Assembly: GCA_029564765.1 (NCBI GenBank) | Contig: JAKQPK010000050.1 | Location: 210,977 to 274,976, forward strand | Length of the DNA stretch: 64,000 bases | Reading direction: 5' to 3' | From: Candidatus Omnitrophota bacterium | Lineage (GTDB): Bacteria; Omnitrophota; Gorgyraeia; Zapsychrales; Aceulaceae | Shown here: piece after piece, positions 1-8,575 of the stretch | How the letters are laid out: the number at the start of each line of letters is the position of its first letter | Position numbering within the stretch: position 1 is the first letter of the stretch | Position numbers and translations under genes: made by a program | The notes under the pieces: generated by a model | Seen by the model: the letters and a program-made list of their open reading frames with translations, nothing else | The model's database searches: none | Told to the model about the DNA's origin: nothing

Positions 1-237
1 CTCTTTATCGGCGAGATCCACACGCCCGCCTTGTTCAAACTGGGCGATCGACTCCTGACGCTGTTTGATTTGCTTTTTAATGACCGCAATGATATCCAGA
101 TCGTCAACTTTTTCAACACGCTTATCGATGCGGACATTCTTGATCTGAGCGCGCAAAAAACTTAGTGTAGCGCTCTTGACCGAATCTTTATCTTTCATGG
201 CCTGGATATAATCAGCAGATATTCTTTGTTCTAACAT
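1..237 (-). CDS. GatB/YqeY-domain protein; N-terminal part only, the rest runs off the left edge
   Basis: Reverse-complement of 1-237 translates as MLEQRISADYIQAMKDKDSVKSATLSFLRAQIKNVRIDKRVEKVDDLDIIAVIKKQIKQRQESIAQFEQGGRVDLADKE, a typical YqeY/GatB_Yqey N-terminus. ATG is at 235-237 with GGAGC about 8 nt upstream. Confidence 0.6.
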   Translation of the reverse strand, partial: MLEQRISADYIQAMKDKDSVKSATLSFLRAQIKNVRIDKRVEKVDDLDIIAVIKKQIKQRQESIAQFEQGGRVDLADKE

Positions 238-250
238 GTTAGGCTCCTAT

Positions 251-484
251 TTAAATTCCTTCTATCATAATCGTTTTGCGTCTGGATTTCAATCCGCTTA
301 TAATAGTAATATTAGTTTTAGTAATTTTATAATATTCTGATAAAAAATCAACTAGTGCTTTGTTCGCCTTTCCATCTACAGCGGGCGCTGTCAGATAAAC
401 ACGCAAGGGTGAAGCATCGGCCTTGATCATGTTCTTTCTGGCGCCAGCAACAACTTTGATCTCAAGTCTCATAATAATCCTCAC
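251..484 (-). CDS. YggU/DUF167 family protein
   Basis: 77 aa; conserved VDGKANKALVDFLS and the ...SG..SR.K.I ending typical of UPF0235/YggU. Confidence 0.7.
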   Translation of the reverse strand: MRIIMRLEIKVVAGARKNMIKADASPLRVYLTAPAVDGKANKALVDFLSEYYKITKTNITIISGLKSRRKTIMIEGI

Positions 485-1236
485 GAAGAAAAACGCATGC
501 GCGGCGCATTATCTTTAAGCCAGCCCACACATTCCTGATATGCAGCGCAGCAGGATCGCACGCGCTGCCAGAATCTTGAAGAATGATTGGGTTCCAGCAA
601 ATGACAAAATTCGTGGATAAGTACATAGTCCACGACCTGTGGCGGCGCCATGATAATTTTCCAGTTAATATAGATCATTCTCTTCCTTGGATAACAGCTG
701 CCCCAGAGATGCTTCTGGGTTTTGACCATAACTTGTTCAGGGCTGATGTGAAAAGGCCTGCCAAGATCTAAAACACGCTGCGCGATCATCGTCTTGGCCT
801 GTTTTCGATACCAAGCCTTGAGCGCATGCGCGATAGAAGGCTCAATATCATCGCAGGGCATGGCCCAAGGAACAGATATCTGCAAAGAATCCTGCCATAA
901 GCGAACCGTGGCTTTCTTACCTTCGTAAGGATAATAACGTAAAGGATATGTTTTTCCTAAGAACAGAAACATGGCCCCATCGCTATACACAAGGCCTCCC
1001 GATCCTTTCTCAGAAGACTTATCACAAATAATATGACGGTTGATCCACGCTGTTTTCTTGCTCAAAAAATCTTTAACCGTATCTTCTGATATGTTCCGGG
1101 GAACAAAGACTTTTACGCGCTGACCATCTTCAATATAGATGGCCATCGTCTTGCGCCTAGTAGAGCGAACTAGAAAATAATTTAAATGCCTGTCCGCTGT
1201 CACCAGCTGACAGGCTTGTATTTTGGGGTATCGCAA
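481..1236 (-). CDS. YgjP-like metal-dependent hydrolase (DUF45/WLM, M48 family)
   Basis: HEFCHLLEPNHSSRFW zinc-hydrolase motif (HExxH...NH..FW) and RSTRRKT near the N-terminus. 4-nt overlap with the YggU gene. Confidence 0.75.
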   Translation of the reverse strand: MRYPKIQACQLVTADRHLNYFLVRSTRRKTMAIYIEDGQRVKVFVPRNISEDTVKDFLSKKTAWINRHIICDKSSEKGSGGLVYSDGAMFLFLGKTYPLRYYPYEGKKATVRLWQDSLQISVPWAMPCDDIEPSIAHALKAWYRKQAKTMIAQRVLDLGRPFHISPEQVMVKTQKHLWGSCYPRKRMIYINWKIIMAPPQVVDYVLIHEFCHLLEPNHSSRFWQRVRSCCAAYQECVGWLKDNAPRMRFSS

Positions 1237-1257
1237 TAAAAATTAACGATTGATTAG

Positions 1258-2394
1258 TTAGAAGAAAGAAACGTCAATATTGACTTTTTTTGCCGGTGAC
1301 CCTACAGTCTTCGCTTCTGGCGGAGTAAAAGCTTTTCCGTCTTTAACAATAAATCCACGATTTCCTTGGGTCAACGCAATCTCATCATGCTTACGTTGCG
1401 CCTCCCGTCGAGCGAGAGCGGCTTGCTGCTTCAGTTGCGACATCCTACCCTTCGCTGCTCGGATCTGCTTGTGATGATCACCTATCCTTGCAAGCAAAGT
1501 TTCATATTTAAGATCTTTGATACGAGCGTCGAGACTATCAAGTTGACTGCTGTAACCTGGGGCCTGATTTTGCCATGCGACATAGTCTTGAGCTGCTAGA
1601 GCGTTGATCTCATCTTGCAATGCTTGCAGATCGCTGCGCAAGCCCTCACGTTGCACCATCAGCATCTTCACATTTTCTCCCAAAGCATCCGCTTTCGCCT
1701 GAGCCAAGGCGGTCTTTAGGGTTACAACCTCTTGCTGTGCCTGCGTATATTGTCTCTGGGTTTCTGCCAATAAATTCTCTGTTTGGGCAAGCAATATTCT
1801 CGCTGAGGCATATTCAAGCTGTAATTCTGAGTACAAACCTTCCAGGGCTTTATGCTGAGCTATCAAACCTTGATAAAGTATCGCCTGCTGGCCTGACGCG
1901 CTAAGGATCAGGGTGTTTGATTGCTCAACGGTCCGCGCGATGGATGCGCGCTGAGCCAAAACCAAGCCACCAAGTGAAAGCATAACCACAACTAAAAATA
2001 TCGTGACCACGGCAAGCACTGTTTCTTTGCGGTCCATGGATGCAATACGGCTCTCAATGCGTTTCTTAAGACGGTCCACGACCTGTGATGGCGCGTCAAT
2101 GAATTCTACTCCGCATAGTGATCCTCGGCGGAACATGCCTCTTGGCTTAGACCAAACAACGCGTCCCTGAGGCGGCAAAACCCCTGTGCCCTGATCAAAG
2201 GAGATCACCGTTCCTTCCGCCAAAGGATGTTGCGCCTTGATCAAAGCACCCGTCGCGCTTAAGTCACAGACACAGCCAAACCCGCTTCCAATACCACCAA
2301 CGCTCCACTTCACGGAGGTCTTTTCGCTCACGCGAAAACTTCGGCGAGAATCCTGATACAATCTCTTAGGAAATCCGAATAAATTCCTTGTCAT
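1258..2394 (-). CDS. PilZ-domain protein with one TM helix and a long C-terminal coiled coil
   Basis: N-terminal RRSFRV...GGIGSGFGCVCDLSATGALIK PilZ signature. Hydrophobic segment LAVVTIFLVVVMLSLGGLVLA. Then about 200 aa of Q/A/L-rich heptad-like sequence. Confidence 0.65.
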   Translation of the reverse strand: MTRNLFGFPKRLYQDSRRSFRVSEKTSVKWSVGGIGSGFGCVCDLSATGALIKAQHPLAEGTVISFDQGTGVLPPQGRVVWSKPRGMFRRGSLCGVEFIDAPSQVVDRLKKRIESRIASMDRKETVLAVVTIFLVVVMLSLGGLVLAQRASIARTVEQSNTLILSASGQQAILYQGLIAQHKALEGLYSELQLEYASARILLAQTENLLAETQRQYTQAQQEVVTLKTALAQAKADALGENVKMLMVQREGLRSDLQALQDEINALAAQDYVAWQNQAPGYSSQLDSLDARIKDLKYETLLARIGDHHKQIRAAKGRMSQLKQQAALARREAQRKHDEIALTQGNRGFIVKDGKAFTPPEAKTVGSPAKKVNIDVSFF

Positions 2395-2404
2395 ACACTC
2401 CTCC

Positions 2405-2440
2405 TTAATAAAGACAAAAGGCAGCCGTTAGCGGCTGCCT
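2405..2440 (-). terminator. Terminator-like hairpin plus U-tract that abuts the SD of the PilZ/coiled-coil gene (possible leader attenuator)
   Basis: Minus-strand RNA reads AGGCAGCCG-cuaa-CGGCUGCCU (9-bp GC-rich stem, 2419-2440), then UUUGUCUUUAUU, then AAGGAGGAG-ugu-AUG. Confidence 0.5.
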
Positions 2441-2702
2441 TAATCTATGGTCTATTATGTGGGTATATGATCATTATAATGATAAAATGTTCTATAATAA
2501 TTTTATCATTTTACGATAACAGGGCAAGAATTTTTCCTTTTTTTTCACCACTTCCACCCCATCGAGCCTTGGGATTGCTGCTCTTGTATCTTTCGTTCAC
2601 GCTCATATTTCTTCTCCTGAAGATCATAATCTCTTTGGGTGAACGCGCAGCCGGCCAAAAAAGCCGTAACTAATATAAAAATGTGTGCCTTACATTTCTT
2701 CA

Positions 2703-3497
2703 TTAAAATAAGAATTCCTTTTGTTGCTCAAATGTCATCAAGCGATTTTCTTGCGCACTCTCAATTCCTTGATAATATTGGCAGTATTCGCAATCGGAAG
2801 AATAATCTGGGATCGTTTCGCTCTTTAAACACTGGTACGCCTTGCAAATCACATCCTCGACCCAGCTGTCATCCCCAGCGTACGCGATGATCTGAAGATC
2901 AAAAACAAGCTTTCCATCGAACGCACGCTTATCCTTATTCGCGTTGGCGAACAAAAAATAACCGGTTGAGGCAACGCGCAGATTTTGCTTGCGCAAAAGC
3001 CATTGGTAGATCTCTATTTGCCTCTTATACGCTTGCTTGTATTCAGAGTCTAGGTCAATAGGATCCCGCGTACTTGTCGACTTGTAATCAACAACAAATA
3101 TCTCTCCTGAAGAGGCCTGCCAAAGATCATCCACAGCTCCTGTGACAATAAGATTTGTATCAAGATGATGGTGCTGTACACCTTTAAAGTTTTCCTGCCA
3201 TTGGGAAAGCATAGGATGGGCAAAGGGAACGGCATCAATACCGTACTGCACCATGAGGGGATGGGCTTTCTTCTGCCCACGATAAATATCAAACTCTTTT
3301 TTTAGAAGTTCATCGACCGCACTGTTGAGCGTGAAAGCCGGAATGCTCGGTTGGGACACGCCCAATCGCCTATCCAGATAAAAACAACGCGGGCACTTCA
3401 TAAAATTTTCCAACTTTGAACGGCTCAGCTTAAAAGGCGTTTTTGCTTGCGGATCAAAAAGATTTTTTTTGCGTGCGAATGATGTATTGTTTTTCAT
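2703..3497 (-). CDS. PD-(D/E)XK nuclease superfamily protein (Cas4/RecB-like, DUF83 type)
   Basis: VVDYKST (D..E-x-K core). Cys pairs CPRC near the N-terminus and CEYCQYY near the C-terminus, as in Cas4/AddB Fe-S or Zn nucleases. No other cas genes in the window. Confidence 0.6.
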   Translation of the reverse strand: MKNNTSFARKKNLFDPQAKTPFKLSRSKLENFMKCPRCFYLDRRLGVSQPSIPAFTLNSAVDELLKKEFDIYRGQKKAHPLMVQYGIDAVPFAHPMLSQWQENFKGVQHHHLDTNLIVTGAVDDLWQASSGEIFVVDYKSTSTRDPIDLDSEYKQAYKRQIEIYQWLLRKQNLRVASTGYFLFANANKDKRAFDGKLVFDLQIIAYAGDDSWVEDVICKAYQCLKSETIPDYSSDCEYCQYYQGIESAQENRLMTFEQQKEFLF

Positions 3498-5311
3498 TTC
3501 TTAAAGATAGCATCCAAAACGTTGCCGATGATCTCCTTGCCAGGGATCGCTTGCGTCGAGCTTGAGCCATCTTCAGCGGTCTTTCCCCGATCTAGAGCCT
3601 TATCTAAAAGCCTGCCCAATTCTTCCCGGCCCCTTGCCTCAAAAAGCTGCCGCCCCAAATATTCCAGATCAGGCATATAGCTCAAGCGGTCCGGCGCCCG
3701 TCCTGAGATCGTCACAGGGATGGTGATCTGTCCTTGCGTATCTGTCAAGAAAACAAGTTCTTTAACGGCCGTCGCCATGCTCTCGGAAAGGTCCTTGGGA
3801 ATAATAAGACGCGCCGCAAGATTCATCTGAAGATCAAGATCGACCATGCCTTGGCCAGAGAGCAGGAATATATCTGCCTGAGCTTTTGCCGAGCGAATAT
3901 CCATCTGGCCCGATCGGATACCCACATCAAGATCAACGGAATGGATGTTCGTATTGTTTTGCTCAAGCTTTGATCGGTATTGTTCAGGCAAACTCTGCTT
4001 TAATTTCTCGCTCAAGCCAGGCAACATGCTCATTTTATCAAGTACGACCTTTAAAATATTTATGTTGATCAGCTTTCCATCTTTTAACTGCACAGTAACG
4101 CTCCCGCTCGCAGGCTTCATAGCCGCCAAACTCTCAAAAGCCTTACCTTGCATAGTAGCTTTCCCAGACACAACCCCTTCTAGCAAAACTTCTTGACCTC
4201 CCTGGTTAACGACCTGGCCAACATCGATATCGCTGGCGTCGATCTGAAAAGCATACTCTTGGCTCGATAGATAACGGTCGATCGTGGCATTCATTTGAAC
4301 GCGGCCTTTTCCTAAGGCGCAAGAAGCCTGAGGGATACTGAGGTTTTCACCGATGATCTCCATGTTCGCTTCTAAGTTCTGTACAGGGACTTTTAAAAAA
4401 AGTGTTTTTGCTTCGCCACCGCTTAAGCTCCCCTGCATTTTTTTGATCTGGGCACCCTTGGCGCTCAGCCTTATTTCATCCGCAACACATTGAAAGCGCC
4501 CTTTAAAAGGATTCTGCAGCTTAGCTGCCGCCATAGCCGGAACGATCTTCTCGATGAGCCTGGCATCGAGAGTGCCGATATCAACCTGTGCCCGCAAATC
4601 TTTTAGAATACCGGCGGCATGCAATACGTCCACCTCTGCCATGCTCGTTGCCGTCACGTTCTGTTGCGCGCTTAAACAAGCCGCCTTTAAAAAGACTTTA
4701 AAAGGTCTTGTGAGCGAAAAATCAGAGATCTTAAAATCGATCTGCGCCAGCTGCAGACTTTTGTCTTCTTCCCAATGATCCTCAAAATCTAAAACGCCGT
4801 TTGAAATAAAAATGTTCTGAATAAGAATGGCCGCTAACGCGCCGGCCGGGGCCGCGGAAGACGCGGCAGAAGATCGATCATTGCTTTCCTTAAGGATCGC
4901 CAATGTCTGAAAATTAAACATACCTTCAGCATTACGCACCAAAGAGATCCTAGGCTCCAGGATCTCTACCGTGGAAACGTTAATTTGCCGCTTGGTCACG
5001 ACCCCTAAAAGATCAAGGCCTAGGCTCACCTTTCCTAAAGAAGCAAAAGGCTTCTTAGAAAACTGTGGATCATCGGCGATCACGAATCCATCCACGTTCA
5101 CAGATAATCCTTGCGATAACGAGATCTTCACTTTCATATCACCGACCTGCACTTGACGCCCCAAGGCCTGCTGCGCCTGACTGATGATCTGAGGCTTAAA
5201 TGCGTTAGGGTCAAAATTCTTCAGGACAAAAAATGCTGTCACGCCTGCTGCTAAGGATAGCAACAGAACAATGGCTAAAATAACAACAACGACTTTCAAG
5301 ATTTTCTTCAT
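3494..5311 (-). CDS. AsmA family outer-membrane assembly protein
   Basis: 605 aa. N-terminal signal-anchor MKKILKVVVVILAIVLLLSLAAG followed by AsmA-like repetitive beta-rich sequence. ATGA-type overlap with the downstream nuclease gene. Confidence 0.65.
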   Translation of the reverse strand: MKKILKVVVVILAIVLLLSLAAGVTAFFVLKNFDPNAFKPQIISQAQQALGRQVQVGDMKVKISLSQGLSVNVDGFVIADDPQFSKKPFASLGKVSLGLDLLGVVTKRQINVSTVEILEPRISLVRNAEGMFNFQTLAILKESNDRSSAASSAAPAGALAAILIQNIFISNGVLDFEDHWEEDKSLQLAQIDFKISDFSLTRPFKVFLKAACLSAQQNVTATSMAEVDVLHAAGILKDLRAQVDIGTLDARLIEKIVPAMAAAKLQNPFKGRFQCVADEIRLSAKGAQIKKMQGSLSGGEAKTLFLKVPVQNLEANMEIIGENLSIPQASCALGKGRVQMNATIDRYLSSQEYAFQIDASDIDVGQVVNQGGQEVLLEGVVSGKATMQGKAFESLAAMKPASGSVTVQLKDGKLININILKVVLDKMSMLPGLSEKLKQSLPEQYRSKLEQNNTNIHSVDLDVGIRSGQMDIRSAKAQADIFLLSGQGMVDLDLQMNLAARLIIPKDLSESMATAVKELVFLTDTQGQITIPVTISGRAPDRLSYMPDLEYLGRQLFEARGREELGRLLDKALDRGKTAEDGSSSTQAIPGKEIIGNVLDAIFKK

Positions 5312-6585
5312 TATCTGCTCCTTGTAAACTGAAATGGATTAAATTGTTCCTCAATAAAAACCCGCCAGCAGGTCCCAGACAAAGAGCCCGCAAGCCGTCC
5401 CCGCTCTCCTCGCTGAGGTGTCCGCCACCATGGAGCGAATGGAAAAACTTGCTCCCAGGCCTTCGTGGCATACGGATAGACCATTTGCTGATGACCCCGC
5501 ATGATCGCTTTTTGATCCAAATTCTGAACGATAATCGCCGCCTTGTTGGACATCGTCACGGCCTCTTGGCTAACAGCTTGGTCGTTCATGAGATCTGCAA
5601 GTTGGGCAAAATAGTTTCCTACCCTTAGGTAAGCCAAAGCGATCATGGCTGACCACTCGATCGAGATCATCGGCTGTCGTTCAAACGATTGTCGAGAAAC
5701 TTTATCTGTAAAATCATAACCGACAATATCATCAGTATCAACAAAAAAATTCTCCTCTAAGATCGTGAACATCTCCTGCGCGCTCACGCCTAAGACGCTT
5801 TCAAGGTCTCCCGGAGAAAACGCGAGCAGCGCGAACGCAAAAACATCAGAAGCCATCACAGCATTATCCGGCCCGACAGGGATCCTGGGCTTGCGCGCAA
5901 AGATCTTTTGCTTTAAAAAAGCCTTGATCCCCGCGGCTTTACGATCAAAAACAGCTTTCTGACCACTATCAAATGTTACTGGCTGGATACCCGCAAAGAC
6001 ACCAAAGGCACTGATATTGTTCTCAGAAGAAAAAATTTCCCTCCAGTTAGCGCCCCAATCTGCCCACGGACCCATAGCCAATCCACCCGCAGAATCCTGC
6101 GGCAGCTGCGCGATCCACAAAGCGATCTTGCATGCCAACTCATAAAATCGTCGTCTCCCTGTGATCGCGTCATACTGCAAGGCCGCAATCGCGATCCACG
6201 CATTAGGACCCAAATGGGTCGTTGTTTCTAATCCTACATCTCCGGTCTTTGTATGATAAAAATTCGCAAACCCAACTCCAGTCCATTTTGCATGAAAAAA
6301 ATTTAGAATACTCGCCGCTGCTTCAAGATCATTGTTCAACAAAAACGTCATAGCTGCCAAAGATTGATCGTACGTTGACGCCTGATGAAGCAACATCTCG
6401 TCAGCTGTGTCTGTAAAACTATTGACAAGTCCTGTCTGAGGGTTCTGCTGCGCTTTCAGATAGCGATAGATCTTTTCTTTGCTATAAACTTGGGCTGAGG
6501 AAGTATCGACAGCGATTACAAAATATGCTGTCGCCACAAAAACGGCAGAAAAAAGAGTTCTTCTTGAGAAGTGTTTTGCTGGCAT
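5311..6585 (-). CDS. Secreted hypothetical protein, possibly an (alpha/alpha)6-barrel glycosidase-like fold
   Basis: 424 aa. Sec signal peptide (FSAVFVATAYFVIAVDTSSAQ). No strong motif recognised. The fold guess comes only from W/G/A-rich helical repeats. Confidence 0.4.
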   Translation of the reverse strand: MPAKHFSRRTLFSAVFVATAYFVIAVDTSSAQVYSKEKIYRYLKAQQNPQTGLVNSFTDTADEMLLHQASTYDQSLAAMTFLLNNDLEAAASILNFFHAKWTGVGFANFYHTKTGDVGLETTTHLGPNAWIAIAALQYDAITGRRRFYELACKIALWIAQLPQDSAGGLAMGPWADWGANWREIFSSENNISAFGVFAGIQPVTFDSGQKAVFDRKAAGIKAFLKQKIFARKPRIPVGPDNAVMASDVFAFALLAFSPGDLESVLGVSAQEMFTILEENFFVDTDDIVGYDFTDKVSRQSFERQPMISIEWSAMIALAYLRVGNYFAQLADLMNDQAVSQEAVTMSNKAAIIVQNLDQKAIMRGHQQMVYPYATKAWEQVFPFAPWWRTPQRGERGRLAGSLSGTCWRVFIEEQFNPFQFTRSR

Positions 6586-6591
6586 TAAATT

Positions 6592-8097
6592 TTACGGAAA
6601 ATCCTTTTCGGAAAAGACTTGTGCGCTAAAAATTTCGAGGGTCACAGAAGGATCTTTCCAGGCGTTAGCAGGAAGGCCTGCTTTCTCTGAACAAAGATAT
6701 GACAAAAACTGCTCTTTCGTCCAGCCCTGTTCTGTCGCGACTTGAGGCAAAAATAATCCTTTATTGAAAGGCCCACGACTAACGATCACCCCGTGGACGC
6801 CCAACGTGATCTCTTCAGGATCCTTGATGCGCCAAGGCTTGGAAAGAACAGAGATCTCGACCTCCAATTCCCTAAGCTCATCTTTAGAGACAGGCCGAAA
6901 ACGTGGATCTTGGGTCGCCGACGCAATAGCCATATCGCGCACGGTTTCGATCAACGGGCCTCGTCCAAAAATATTACCGATACATCCTCTTAAGCGCCCA
7001 TGTTTATGTAGCGTGACAAAGGCGCCTTCTTCCTGAAGAAGGCGCGGATCTTTTTCTTTAACATCAAACACTTTTCCATCTTGAATATGCGCAAAGATCG
7101 TCTTGCGAGCAACTTCTAAAAGTTTCTGCTTCTGCTCCTTCGTTAGTTCATCCTTTATGCCCCGCTGAGAACCTTTATCCTGAACTGAGGCAACGAACAC
7201 AGCAGAAAAATATCCCACAACCGCCTGCTTATCCCCGCTCACATCGCCGGAATCCGCGTAGCGCAGAATATCGACCTGCAATCCTTTATCTTTCGCGTAC
7301 AGCATGGCTGTAGCGACAGGAAGGAATCCACATAATTCGATCGCTTTAGTAGCGCAACCTTCCCAAAACTCCTGCACATTCAGCTCTTGAACCAAGCGAA
7401 TAGCCTTCTGGTCCATATTCTTTGCTTGATGCGCGCTGTGATAATGGGACATGTCCGTGCTGATCACGATCAGGACGTCTTGTCTGTCGCCGATAGTCTG
7501 ACGTAAAGCCTTGGCTAAAAGCGCGCACCCTTCGATACCAGGCTGCCCCATCACGATCGGCACGATCTTAAAATCCGCAAAAACTTTCTGCAGAAACGGC
7601 AGTTGAACTTCCAGAGAATGTTCTTTCGCGAAAGCGGTAGGGACAAACTCAAATTCCTTAGATCGCGCAATAAGATCAGTAGCAAAATCTTGATCAACAG
7701 GTATCGATCCCAAAGGGGTTTCAAAAGATCCTTGAGGCCATACCGATGCCCCAGCAAATCCAACATGATGGCTAGGCGCGATCACGACAATCGTTCGATA
7801 AGGGGTCTTACTGGCTGCTTTATACGCGTAAGCGGCCACAGCCCCGGAATACACATAACCAGCATGAGGGACGATCACCACCTCAACTCTTTTTTCAGAA
7901 GGCTGAATGTCCACTTTTTTCAAGAATTCATCAATCTGGTGTGATAACGCTTTTGGGTCCGCGGAATAGAACTGTCCGCTGACATTAGGTTTTTTAACTA
8001 ATTGATCAGCATAAGCCATAGACACCCAAAAGAAAATAAGAACTAAAGGATAAAAGAATTGTATTTTTCTCACAGCGATGCGGGTCTTATCGGACAA
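6592..8097 (-). CDS. Memo (AmmeMemoRadiSam protein B-like) fused to an AMMECR1 domain
   Basis: Memo signature VVIVPHAGYVYSGAVAAYAY...VIAPSHH. C-terminal AMMECR1 signature AFVTLHKHGRLRGCIGNIF. The first codon at 8097 is TTG; an in-frame ATG (MAYADQ...) lies at 8019. Confidence 0.75.
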   Translation of the reverse strand: MSDKTRIAVRKIQFFYPLVLIFFWVSMAYADQLVKKPNVSGQFYSADPKALSHQIDEFLKKVDIQPSEKRVEVVIVPHAGYVYSGAVAAYAYKAASKTPYRTIVVIAPSHHVGFAGASVWPQGSFETPLGSIPVDQDFATDLIARSKEFEFVPTAFAKEHSLEVQLPFLQKVFADFKIVPIVMGQPGIEGCALLAKALRQTIGDRQDVLIVISTDMSHYHSAHQAKNMDQKAIRLVQELNVQEFWEGCATKAIELCGFLPVATAMLYAKDKGLQVDILRYADSGDVSGDKQAVVGYFSAVFVASVQDKGSQRGIKDELTKEQKQKLLEVARKTIFAHIQDGKVFDVKEKDPRLLQEEGAFVTLHKHGRLRGCIGNIFGRGPLIETVRDMAIASATQDPRFRPVSKDELRELEVEISVLSKPWRIKDPEEITLGVHGVIVSRGPFNKGLFLPQVATEQGWTKEQFLSYLCSEKAGLPANAWKDPSVTLEIFSAQVFSEKDFP

Positions 8098-8467
8098 TAC
8101 GGCTTTGATCTTTGTGGGTTTCAGTAAAGCCTAAAAGCTGCTGAGAATAAAAATCCATGAACGCCTTGCCATCTTCTGATCTGGTATCAGAAAGCCGTAA
8201 ACCTATTTCATAGTCACCACGGTCTGCCTCCTGGCACCAAACGACTTTTGCCGCCAGCATCACAGGCCTTCCTCCAGGCAAAGAGATCACAAGATGGACT
8301 TCTTCATCAACTCCGGGCCTATCTTTCACGCGAAAACGCAAACCATTGGCGCTCACATCTAGAGTTGAAGATTTGGTCATACCCTCTTGAAAAGCGGCAA
8401 ATTTATACTGGACGGGAAGCTCTATATTGAAACGCCGGTAGGATCTTCTATCCTCCATGACCTTCAA
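8087..8467 (-). CDS. PilZ domain protein
   Basis: 126 aa; RRSYRRFNIELPVQYKF...DVSANGLRF, canonical RxxxR / DxSxxG PilZ motifs. Confidence 0.75.
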   Translation of the reverse strand: MKVMEDRRSYRRFNIELPVQYKFAAFQEGMTKSSTLDVSANGLRFRVKDRPGVDEEVHLVISLPGGRPVMLAAKVVWCQEADRGDYEIGLRLSDTRSEDGKAFMDFYSQQLLGFTETHKDQSRIVR

Positions 8468-8499
8468 CTCCTTTCATGACAGCTTTTGGATTCCTTTTA

Positions 8500-8545
8500 T
8501 CAATACCACTAAAAAGCCCCTCTGTCAAACGTCAAAGGGGCTTTT
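8500..8545 (-). terminator. Intrinsic terminator of giant gene 1
   Basis: Minus-strand RNA: AAAAGCCCCU...AGGGGCUUUU 10-bp stem (8512-8545, 14-nt loop) followed by UUUUUAGUGG. Begins about 30 nt downstream of the 8576 stop. Confidence 0.6.
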
Positions 8546-8575
8546 GCTGCTTCATGGATTATATCTTACTGTAAT

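Noticed and set aside
583-771. Short plus-strand ORFs antisense to long minus-strand genes (583-771, 9185-9472, 29415-29831, 54272-54655 and others)
   Set aside because: All lie fully inside well-supported minus-strand genes with recognisable domains. They have no SD and no recognisable product, so they are treated as frame artefacts.
2395-2702. Possible c-di-GMP (GEMM) riboswitch in the long leader of the PilZ-domain gene
   Set aside because: By eye I could not find the paired GCAAA / ACGCAAAGC-type conserved elements or the P1/P2 architecture. Only a covariance-model scan could settle it, so it is not claimed.
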